DNA of 40,540 nucleotides. Source: Nitrosopumilus sp. (GTDB taxonomy: Archaea; Thermoproteota; Nitrososphaeria; Nitrososphaerales; Nitrosopumilaceae). The position numbers and the translations under genes were made by a program. Below are positions 1 through 8,720 of the stretch, one piece after another. The stretch covers positions 1 to 40,540 of the forward strand of contig RKRY01000163.1 in the NCBI GenBank assembly GCA_007571135.1. The letters run 5' to 3'. Under the pieces are notes generated by a model. The model was not told the DNA's origin and ran no database searches. It saw only the letters and a list, made by a program, of their open reading frames with translations. Positions within the stretch are counted from its first letter, which is position 1; every line of letters begins with the position of its first letter.

Positions 1-1
1 G

Positions 2-3000
2 TCAACCATGGCAGTCTTTCTAGACGCTCTTGTCTCAGAATCAAGTGGCAAAGAGTGGAAAGACGCATACAAAATACTGAAAAGGGAATCTGTTAGTGTA
101 GCAGAAACACTAGTGCATGCGCGAAAAAAATCTGGCGTACATAAAGAGGGACTGATCAGGTGTTCGGTAACTGCCGGACGTGAACCCATATCGGTAACCA
201 TACTGCGTGCACTTGGCAAGGGAACTCAGAGATATTTTGGCACAAAGCAAGAATTTTCAACGGCAAAAAAACTTGGCAAGATGACACGCGGACTCAAACA
301 AAACAAGATTCCATTACTATCTGACATAGTAGACGTCATCGTGGATGTCTGCAAGCATGCACCAACAATGATAATGATCGACGAGTTTGGAAAGAACATA
401 GAATACTTTACCGCCGATGAGACCCAACAAAGTGATCTATTCCTGTTACAGCAGCTAGCTGAGATGGCGGGTGCAGGCAGAAAGCTGCCACTGTTTATCA
501 TAACATTCCAGCACATGGCATTTGAAGAATACGCCATAGGGACAACCCTGTCACAAAAGCAAGAATGGGCAAAAATTCAGGGACGCTTTGAAGACATTCC
601 ATTTGCAAACTCTCTAGATCAAACACGGCTCTTAGTGTCAAACACGATAGAATTGGACAAGAATCCACACAAGCGTATAATCGTAAAAAACTGGGCGGAA
701 AATCAGGCTTGTCTGATGAAGGATCTTGGGATTGACGGTGTCTTTGATGCAAAACTAATCGCTGCATGCTATCCACTCAGCCCAATAGTTTTGGAAGTCC
801 TTCCAGAACTGTGCTCTCGGTATGGCCAATACGAAAGGACACTCTTGTCATTTTTATCCGGTGCAGGAAAATATACAGTGGCAACATTCATAGACGAAAG
901 CACATGGAGTGAGGACAATATCTTGCCTACAATGGAGCTTGATATGCTGTACGATTATTTCATATCCGGAACTAGCATGATTCATTCAAGCTCTGCTAAC
1001 ATAACCAGACTGAGAGAGATTGAGACCATAATACGCGATGCTCACGGACTTGATGCGGTAGAAACCAAGGCTCTCAAGATAATCGGCATGTTAAACCTGA
1101 TTGGACGATCAGGATATCTAAGGGCATCACAAAAGATGTTAGACTGTGCCATGAATTGCCATTCTCAGCCAATACTGAAAAGACTTGCAGAAAAATCTAT
1201 CATCACATATAGAAAACACACCGATGAATACAGAATCTGGCATGGCACAGACATTGACATCGCATTGAAACTAGACATACATCGGAAGAGATACCAAAAT
1301 ACACCCTTGCTGGAGATTCTCAAGGACAATCTGATCATAGAGCCGATTGTGGCTCTGAATTACAGCATTGAGACTGGAACCCTGCGGATATTTGAGAGGC
1401 GTTTTACGACAGACAAGGAGTTGCGCCTGAGTGAAAATTATGATGGTGCAATACTGTATACATCTGATGGCAGGTTGTCGCCAACGTGTGACAAGCCGGT
1501 CATAATGGTAAATGCCAGCAACACGTCTAGTCTTCGCCGGGCCGCAATAGAGGTGGCTGCACTACGGGATGTACTAGAAAGTAACAGGGATGTTGCATCC
1601 GATTGGGTGGCCCGAAGGGAGATGGAGGAGAGACTAGCCGAGGCCGAGGTAGCCCTAGACATGGAATTTGATGCAACATACGGCAATAAGGCAAAGTGGT
1701 CATATCTTGACAAAACACTAACTCAGGACACACATACCATGTGTGTATCTTACGTATGTGAGAAGGCATACTCAAAAACCCCGCGCATACACAATGAAAT
1801 GCTCAACAGGAATGTGCTGTCCTCACAGGGTGCAGCAGCAAAACGGAACCTTCTGGATGCCATGATTACCCATACAAATGAACCGCAATTTGGGATAAAG
1901 GGATACGGTCCTGATAGGGCCATCTACGAGGCAGTATTTTACAGAAACAAAATCCATGTACCTGATTCAAAAATGGGGTGGAAGTTGCAAGATCCTAAAG
2001 AGGATGCAGTTATGCCTGCTTGGAATGCCATGCTAGATGTCATCAGGAAAAGCAAAGGCCGCACAAATTTGTTGGAGATATACCGGGTATGTAGAGGCGT
2101 TCCATATGGAATGAAGGATGGAACCGCATCTACATTCCTAGCTGCAATTCTGCTAGTCCATGCCAAAACTATTGCGCTATACGAACATGGCACGTATGTT
2201 CCATATCTTGCTCCGGAGATAATAGAAAGGATGCTAAAAAATCCAATACATTTTGAGACAAAGTATTTCAAAAATACGCCATCTAGAAGGAAACTGCTAA
2301 AGACCTTGGCGTCGGATTTTAAGATAAATTCTGATGGCAGTGTCTTGGATGTGGTCTCCCATCTAGTCACAACCATCTCAGCCCTTCAACCATACGTAAA
2401 ACAAACAAAATTGTTAGACAAACATTCTATAGCTGTTAGAGACACTATTCTAAAAGCAGTAGAACCGGATACTCTTTTGTTTGAAGAACTTCCGCATGCA
2501 CTCGGATTAAAGTTGATCAATACCAAAATCTCGGATAAAGAAATACACAAGTTTTCAAGGATCTTGGTAAAATCAATAAACACCCTTCAAAACAAATTTT
2601 CTTCTACTATCTCTGAATTGAAAGATTTATTGCTAGTAACTACAGAAATGGATGACCGAAAAAAACTATCTAATACTGCATCTATTGTTTTGAAAAGTGT
2701 TTCAGATCAGAAGATGAAGGTGTTTCTAACCGCTCTCACTGCAGATGCATTGGAACGAGATGAGGACTGGATAAATTATGTAGCACTAAGTATTACGAAT
2801 AAACTTATGTTGGATTGGAGTGACGATCAGAAACTCTTGTTTGAAAATAGTTTAACAGACATTGCTAATAGTTTTAAAAGACTAGCGGGCATACATTTTT
2901 CCACAATCCTAAGTAATCTTAGAAAACCATCATATCAAGTGATTGTAACAAAGACAGATGGAACTGAGCATAGAAATATAGTATCATTAAAACCAGAACG

Positions 3001-3115
3001 AGAAAAAGAATTAGAAAATTTTACATCCAAAGTACTCTTAGATATGAAAAAAAATGGATTTACACAAAAAGATCTTAGTGTATTTATGGCACTCTTTATT
3101 TCCAAGATAAAATAA
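2..3115 (+). CDS. sspC: SspC-like large P-loop ATPase of Ssp-type DNA phosphorothioation system; 5'-truncated by window edge
   Basis: Frame is open from the window edge (S-T-M-A-V-F-L fits the tail of a Walker A GKST). Walker B-like MIMIDEFGK, QEWAKIQGRF, CYPLSP and RYGQYERTLLSFL motifs; ~1040 aa; near a PAPS-reductase-family gene and a DUF262/DUF1524 gene. Confidence 0.75.
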   Translation, partial: STMAVFLDALVSESSGKEWKDAYKILKRESVSVAETLVHARKKSGVHKEGLIRCSVTAGREPISVTILRALGKGTQRYFGTKQEFSTAKKLGKMTRGLKQNKIPLLSDIVDVIVDVCKHAPTMIMIDEFGKNIEYFTADETQQSDLFLLQQLAEMAGAGRKLPLFIITFQHMAFEEYAIGTTLSQKQEWAKIQGRFEDIPFANSLDQTRLLVSNTIELDKNPHKRIIVKNWAENQACLMKDLGIDGVFDAKLIAACYPLSPIVLEVLPELCSRYGQYERTLLSFLSGAGKYTVATFIDESTWSEDNILPTMELDMLYDYFISGTSMIHSSSANITRLREIETIIRDAHGLDAVETKALKIIGMLNLIGRSGYLRASQKMLDCAMNCHSQPILKRLAEKSIITYRKHTDEYRIWHGTDIDIALKLDIHRKRYQNTPLLEILKDNLIIEPIVALNYSIETGTLRIFERRFTTDKELRLSENYDGAILYTSDGRLSPTCDKPVIMVNASNTSSLRRAAIEVAALRDVLESNRDVASDWVARREMEERLAEAEVALDMEFDATYGNKAKWSYLDKTLTQDTHTMCVSYVCEKAYSKTPRIHNEMLNRNVLSSQGAAAKRNLLDAMITHTNEPQFGIKGYGPDRAIYEAVFYRNKIHVPDSKMGWKLQDPKEDAVMPAWNAMLDVIRKSKGRTNLLEIYRVCRGVPYGMKDGTASTFLAAILLVHAKTIALYEHGTYVPYLAPEIIERMLKNPIHFETKYFKNTPSRRKLLKTLASDFKINSDGSVLDVVSHLVTTISALQPYVKQTKLLDKHSIAVRDTILKAVEPDTLLFEELPHALGLKLINTKISDKEIHKFSRILVKSINTLQNKFSSTISELKDLLLVTTEMDDRKKLSNTASIVLKSVSDQKMKVFLTALTADALERDEDWINYVALSITNKLMLDWSDDQKLLFENSLTDIANSFKRLAGIHFSTILSNLRKPSYQVIVTKTDGTEHRNIVSLKPEREKELENFTSKVLLDMKKNGFTQKDLSVFMALFISKIK

Positions 3116-3124
3116 CGATTCAAA

Positions 3125-3691
3125 ATGTTATACGCCATGGCAGATCTTTCAGGCAACGGTCCAAATAATGATCAGTTTATGGGAATTGTTATAGGAACAC
3201 AAGAACACATATTGAAGATAATAAAATATTTAGAGTGTGATCCAGATCACCCAATCAAGACTACGCAAGAACGCTCTAAATTGTGTTCAAAACTCAAATT
3301 CGACCAAGAGAACATCATTGCGTTTTGTTTTCAAATAAATAAGGATCAGATAATCGCAAAGACTGTTGCAAAAACCACCGGAAGCAAAACCACCCAAAAC
3401 AAAATTTTTAATACGTACAACTATGCGTTGCATAAATTAATATCAAAGGATCTTAATGATTTTACCCTACAATATAAAATCGGTTTACGTGATGTTAGAT
3501 TTGAATGTGATTCTGACTGTAGGGATTTCTTGAAGCTACTTAATTTCTACTATGTTGAGAAAAAAAATTTTCATTTTTTATCTGATCTTGTAGCTTGGTC
3601 AAACAACCGTAATAGAAAAATTGATGGCGTGAACGAGCGAAATCTTGTGGACGCACTTGAAAGAGAAATGAATAGAGTGTTTAAAAAATAA
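3125..3691 (+). CDS. Hypothetical protein, possibly DUF3800-like (RNase H fold)
   Basis: 188-aa ORF 9 bp after the ATPase stop. N-terminal YAMADLSGN and C-terminal FLSDLVAW resemble the DUF3800 YxDESG and lADlvA motifs. Confidence 0.5.
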   Translation: MLYAMADLSGNGPNNDQFMGIVIGTQEHILKIIKYLECDPDHPIKTTQERSKLCSKLKFDQENIIAFCFQINKDQIIAKTVAKTTGSKTTQNKIFNTYNYALHKLISKDLNDFTLQYKIGLRDVRFECDSDCRDFLKLLNFYYVEKKNFHFLSDLVAWSNNRNRKIDGVNERNLVDALEREMNRVFKK

Positions 3692-3769
3692 GCAGTAGCC
3701 ATAGATTCAGAGTAATTCTCACTATACATCTACTAAATCAAACAAACTATCAATTGCATCTAATTAATT

Positions 3770-5551
3770 TTAGGGGTCTGCTTGAGACAGATAATCAGAC
3801 AAATTCCATACCTTGAATGCAAGATGACACAAATCACGTTCTCTAGACTTAATTTCATTAACAGTCCATTTGTCATAGTTACAAAGATACTGTTTGTTCA
3901 AATCTAGATCTGATTTCAAATAATTAATGTCATCATTGTTGAAAGAACTTTCTTTTTTTACTTTAAAACTAAGTCTACTTGTGCTTGTTGACCAAGGCTT
4001 CGGCATTAGTGTAATATTACCTAACCTGTCTTTATGATGATCTAATTCATCTTTATTTGGCCAATCTTTTACATTAGGTGTTTTGGGAAAGATATATTCT
4101 ATTACCAATTCATTTGGAATGTAGGATTGACTGTTGTTATTTTTTCGAATCTTATGTTCCAATGATGTCAAGATATATCTGATTTCACCCTCTGTAAAAC
4201 CTGATACATTGGCACGAAACATAGAAATGAATTCTTTTTCTTCTACATAACTGAGGGAATCTCTTGAAGTATCTTTTAATATTGTATGCAGTATTGACGG
4301 TAATTCTTCACCATACATAATCTGTTTTGTAACGTCACTGCATATTCGTTTCAATGTATCAACATTTTTTTCACATATTGTTCTATACATAAAAAAGAAT
4401 TTTAAAAGGCAATCAATTAACGACATAGTTTGTTTATTGCCAATTCCCCATTTTCGGCATGCTGCAATTATCGGTCTTCGAATATGTATTGCCCCGATCT
4501 GCTTTATGCCGTAAAATGCATGTCTCAATCCCTCTGGATATTGATCTGGGATATCTTCCGGCTTGTTTAAAAGTTTGATAATTTCAGAATCTAGCTGCAA
4601 TTCCAAAATATACTCATTTATCCTGTCCTGATTTCTACATCTCTTTTTTATGGATTGAAAAAGATTGTTTTTACGTATGTCCTTAATATCTTCTTTAGGT
4701 CTAGAAAGCAATGACTCATAGAGAAAATTATCTGGCTTATCAAACTCTTTCATCACACTATCCCACAAAGAGGCTGTTTCTTCTTTCTTGTATGATCTTT
4801 TTAGTAAGTAATTCTTGATTAAATCGGCTTGATTTAGTCCAAGTCCTGTAGAATTTAGTGATTGAAAAATTTGGTGTGAATATGTGTCGTTAGTTATTCC
4901 GACCGAAATAAAGAATGTTTTTTTGCACAAATCATCAAATATATCCTCTAATTTGTACATCATACACTTAAAGCCATTATCGGGACACGCCACATGGCAT
5001 TTTTCACATAATGCTGTAGCTTCAACAAGCAATATTTTATAATTTTTTAATAACAATTTTTGGGGCTTTCTTATGCCTGTTTTAGTATTTTGTTTAAGAT
5101 TATTGTTTAATTGAATATCATTTAGAGTAGCGTTAACATCAGTGTCAATTAGTTGAATTATGACATTTTTATTTTCATCTACTATTAATTTATTAATTTT
5201 GGTAATTAGACGTCTAATGATGTCTTTATCTGCTTGAGCCTCATCTTCATATTTTCGCACGGATTCTCTAATCGCACAGAATAACAGGGTAAGAGTAACT
5301 AAACGTTGTTGACCATCAATGATCTCATGAAGATTCATAGGTCTAGAAAGGGTAACTGTTGTTCCTAACAAATACTCGTCATTTTTATTGTCTACGCCAT
5401 CTAGATAATCAGACATTAAATCATTCCATAATGTTTCTGTTTGTTCTCTGTCCCACACATATGGTCTCTGGTAATTTGGAATTATGTATTTGATTTGATT
5501 GTTAAACACAGTGTTAAGGTCATATTTCTCAACTAAATAATTAGGAAGCAT
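3770..5551 (-). CDS. DUF262 + DUF1524 protein (SspE/GmrSD-like), HNH motif degenerate
   Basis: IPNYQRPYVW, IIDGQQRLVTL and FQSLNSTG (DUF262); C-terminal IEYIFP...LGNITLM...F..KK (DUF1524, EH replaced by EY). Confidence 0.85.
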   Translation of the reverse strand: MLPNYLVEKYDLNTVFNNQIKYIIPNYQRPYVWDREQTETLWNDLMSDYLDGVDNKNDEYLLGTTVTLSRPMNLHEIIDGQQRLVTLTLLFCAIRESVRKYEDEAQADKDIIRRLITKINKLIVDENKNVIIQLIDTDVNATLNDIQLNNNLKQNTKTGIRKPQKLLLKNYKILLVEATALCEKCHVACPDNGFKCMMYKLEDIFDDLCKKTFFISVGITNDTYSHQIFQSLNSTGLGLNQADLIKNYLLKRSYKKEETASLWDSVMKEFDKPDNFLYESLLSRPKEDIKDIRKNNLFQSIKKRCRNQDRINEYILELQLDSEIIKLLNKPEDIPDQYPEGLRHAFYGIKQIGAIHIRRPIIAACRKWGIGNKQTMSLIDCLLKFFFMYRTICEKNVDTLKRICSDVTKQIMYGEELPSILHTILKDTSRDSLSYVEEKEFISMFRANVSGFTEGEIRYILTSLEHKIRKNNNSQSYIPNELVIEYIFPKTPNVKDWPNKDELDHHKDRLGNITLMPKPWSTSTSRLSFKVKKESSFNNDDINYLKSDLDLNKQYLCNYDKWTVNEIKSRERDLCHLAFKVWNLSDYLSQADP

Positions 5552-5915
5552 AACTACTTGGTCACCACTTTAGTCGATTATTGGAGATGTTGTTCCTTCC
5601 GCTCACATTATTTGTTTACTATAATGGATTTTATAGTTTTGATCATTCTAGTCTGGATCCCTACTTTTGTAACTGCATTGAGACCCTGACAAACGATGAT
5701 GCATGGTACTGAGAATAATCGCCTGAATAGATATGTATCCAATTCATCCTAAAAGGAAGCAAACGCCTATGGCGAATGTCATATCCTACTCCGAAAGCTG
5801 GAACCACATTAACGCCAAAACGAGATAGCATGATGTTGGTATCATAAGACAATCTATCATGACTGGGCATGAAATAAAATTAATGTATATATACCTAGAC
5901 AAAATACTTAATGTA

Positions 5916-5973
5916 CTCATAGTTGAACCCCGAGGGCTAACCGTGTTAGCGCCTTGGGTAACGTGACTATGAG
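5916..5973 (+). other. Long three-segment imperfect stem-loop upstream of sspD
   Basis: CTCATAGTT/GACTATGAG (9 bp), CCCGAGG/CCTTGGG (7 bp) and GCTAAC/GTTAGC (6 bp) are nested. The non-Watson-Crick pairs are G-U on the + strand. Confidence 0.55.
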
Positions 5974-6040
5974 CCTTCTTATTCACCTGTATCGTGACTA
6001 ATCGGAACTAATTATATGATGGTGTTATAAGATATAATTC

Positions 6041-6880
6041 GTGACAAGGCATGTATGTGGAATATCAGGAGGCAAGGACTCTGGTGCACTTGCAGTATAC
6101 ATGAGAGACAAAATTCTGGACATGGAGTATTTCTTTTGCGATACGGGTGCTGAGCTGCCAGAAACATATGCGTATCTTGCAAAGCTTGAGGTCGTACTGG
6201 GCAAAAAAATAATCAAATTAAACTCTACAAGAAGCTTTGATCATTACTTTGAAGTGTTTCGTGGCACCTTACCATCTCCACAGATGAGATGGTGTACAAG
6301 TATGCTAAAGATAAAGCCACTGGAGGACTGGATAGGGGATGACGAGGTTATGTCATATGTAGCTATCCGGGCAGACGAGAAAAACAGAACAGGCTATGTC
6401 TCGACCAAACCTAACATCACGACGGTCTTTCCATTCATTGATGATGACATAGACCATACTGGCGTGATAAAAATATTAGAGGATGCTGGAATCAATCTGC
6501 CGGATTACTACGAGTGGAGAACCCGCTCCGGGTGCTATTTCTGCTTTTTCCAACGTAAGGCAGAATGGGTAGGACTTGCAGACAAACACCCGGATCTCTT
6601 TGAGCGTGCAGTCGCAATAGAGCAAAAGACGCTCAAGGATGCCGGGGTTGCAGGAGACGCAGATTTCAAGGCACATGGAATGAAAAGCAGACAATACACT
6701 TGGTCCGAAGGAGAGACATTGACACAGCTTTTAGAGAGACGTGATGAGATAATGGCCAAGCATGAGACTAATCTCAAAAAGAAAAAAGCAACAAGAAAGA
6801 ACCTGCCACTAGTTGAAGTTTTAGCTGATGCTCTAGATGAGGATGATGAAAAAACACCTTGTACAGTGTGTCATTTATGA
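6041..6880 (+). CDS. sspD: SspD-like PAPS reductase family (PP-loop) protein
   Basis: ISGGKDS PP-loop, DTGAELPETY, RWCTSMLKIKP, RSGCYFCFFQ, acidic tail ending CTVCHL; context with the SspC-like ATPase. Confidence 0.8.
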   Translation: MTRHVCGISGGKDSGALAVYMRDKILDMEYFFCDTGAELPETYAYLAKLEVVLGKKIIKLNSTRSFDHYFEVFRGTLPSPQMRWCTSMLKIKPLEDWIGDDEVMSYVAIRADEKNRTGYVSTKPNITTVFPFIDDDIDHTGVIKILEDAGINLPDYYEWRTRSGCYFCFFQRKAEWVGLADKHPDLFERAVAIEQKTLKDAGVAGDADFKAHGMKSRQYTWSEGETLTQLLERRDEIMAKHETNLKKKKATRKNLPLVEVLADALDEDDEKTPCTVCHL

Positions 6881-6958
6881 AAATTATGATTCGTGTAAAC
6901 TAAATGAAACATCTTCTGATCCGTACGCGACAAAATCTTAAAAAGAGCATTCAATTTT

Positions 6959-8710
6959 ATGCATTATATGGGCGAAGAGAAAATATTACCGATACGCATA
7001 GGCGCAGCTCTCAAATCTCTTCGTAACAACGATTTTGATGCTTATTCTGCAATTTATGAGATTATAGATAATTCAATTCAGGCGGATTCCAAAAAAATCA
7101 AAATAAGGTTTGAATTCAATATCCCTGTGGGTAAACGAAAGCCACGACCCGTCAGTATAGCATTTGGAGATGATGGGACCGGAATGGATATGGATACTTT
7201 ACAACATTGTCTAGCCATTGGTTATTCACAAAGATATGATGACAGGAATGGGATAGGCCGATTCGGAGTTGGAATGACTATGGGAGCAATTAGTATATGT
7301 GGTAAAATTGAAGTCTATTCTAGACCCAGGCAAGGAAACTGGAATTATACATTATTAGATAATAGTGGGATCGATAATGATGAAGATCCATTTCTTCCCA
7401 TAGCAAAACAAAAGGATTTGCCCAATAATTACAAGGATCTAGTAGGCGACTATGGTACACTAGTAATTTGGACTAGAATTGACCGCATTGATTCAGAGTT
7501 TGACATAAATGAATTAAAACATCGTATAGGCAGAGTATATCGTAAATTCATTGGCGAAGAAATAATTAAAGATGATAAAGTAATACAAAACCCAAATAGA
7601 AGAACTATAGTAATTGATGATGGTACCGGAAATGATGAATCTGTATTTGCACACGATCCACTCTATGTAACCAAAAGCAGACAATTTCCAAATGATGAAC
7701 GTGCAGATCTCCAACCAGAGTATTCTTTCGAACATCCTGTTCACGAGGTTGACGCTCCGTCTAGTGGAGACCAAACCGGGAAAATAGTCATTAGGACATC
7801 TATCTTACCAAAAACTTGGAGATCAGCTCAAGAGAATGCAGATCTGCCAGGATATGGTGGATCAAGCAAACACAACAATGAAAGACGTGTTATGGAGAAT
7901 GAAGGCTTTTCCATACTACGAAATGGTCGTGAGGTATACTATGGAACAATATCTCGGTTCTCACCTGCTTCAAAACCCTTGGACAGATTCTGGGGATGTG
8001 AGATTGATTTTGATCCTACTTTAGATCATTGGTTTTCTATACGTAATATCAAGGTGGGGGCAAGGCCACTCAAAGATCTTAGAGAAGCATTACAAGAGAA
8101 AATCCGCCCAACCATAACAAACAACTTTAGAAAGACCATTCAGGAAGTGGTAAATCAAGAAAAGCAGAGAGAACGTGATGCTGAAACCGGACCTATAAAG
8201 AGCCACATAGGTATGGAAAAGGAGATCGGAAAAATTACAGGGCATTTGAATACTACCCAAACTCCAAAAGAAATTGAGGCCAATGTCAAGGAGCGAGCAG
8301 GACAATTATTTGATGAACCAGAAGAGCAAGAAGAGTATAAAGGCGCAATTTTAGATGAAAACACTCCATACAAAATAATTCACGATTCTAAGGCTCGTTC
8401 CGATGGTCCATTCATAGACGTGCTTCATGATGTCGGTAAAAAAACAGTTCACTATAACATGAATCATCCTTTCTTCATAGAGGTGTATCGTAAACTATCT
8501 GAAATAAAAAAAATATCCCTTGATCCACAAAATCAAAAGCTTCAAGATCTTGCTGAGGATCTCAAAAATGATATTGACAAGCTTATCTATTCTTATGCAG
8601 AAGGCAAGTATGATCTAGATGATTTTACAAGGTTGCAAAGTGTAGGAGATACAATGGATGAACACATTACCAAATGGAGTTATTACTTACGAAAAATATA
8701 CAAGTCATAG
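6959..8710 (+). CDS. GHKL (MORC-like, HATPase_c_3) ATPase
   Basis: GHKL motifs EIIDNSIQA, DDGTGM, GRFGVGM and GTLVIW; C-terminal HYNMNHPFF segment. Confidence 0.85.
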   Translation: MHYMGEEKILPIRIGAALKSLRNNDFDAYSAIYEIIDNSIQADSKKIKIRFEFNIPVGKRKPRPVSIAFGDDGTGMDMDTLQHCLAIGYSQRYDDRNGIGRFGVGMTMGAISICGKIEVYSRPRQGNWNYTLLDNSGIDNDEDPFLPIAKQKDLPNNYKDLVGDYGTLVIWTRIDRIDSEFDINELKHRIGRVYRKFIGEEIIKDDKVIQNPNRRTIVIDDGTGNDESVFAHDPLYVTKSRQFPNDERADLQPEYSFEHPVHEVDAPSSGDQTGKIVIRTSILPKTWRSAQENADLPGYGGSSKHNNERRVMENEGFSILRNGREVYYGTISRFSPASKPLDRFWGCEIDFDPTLDHWFSIRNIKVGARPLKDLREALQEKIRPTITNNFRKTIQEVVNQEKQRERDAETGPIKSHIGMEKEIGKITGHLNTTQTPKEIEANVKERAGQLFDEPEEQEEYKGAILDENTPYKIIHDSKARSDGPFIDVLHDVGKKTVHYNMNHPFFIEVYRKLSEIKKISLDPQNQKLQDLAEDLKNDIDKLIYSYAEGKYDLDDFTRLQSVGDTMDEHITKWSYYLRKIYKS

Positions 8711-8720
8711 AGAAGGTTAG

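Noticed and set aside
3696-3734. Possible hairpin after the DUF3800-like gene
   Set aside because: Only short 3-5 bp helices; not distinguishable from chance.
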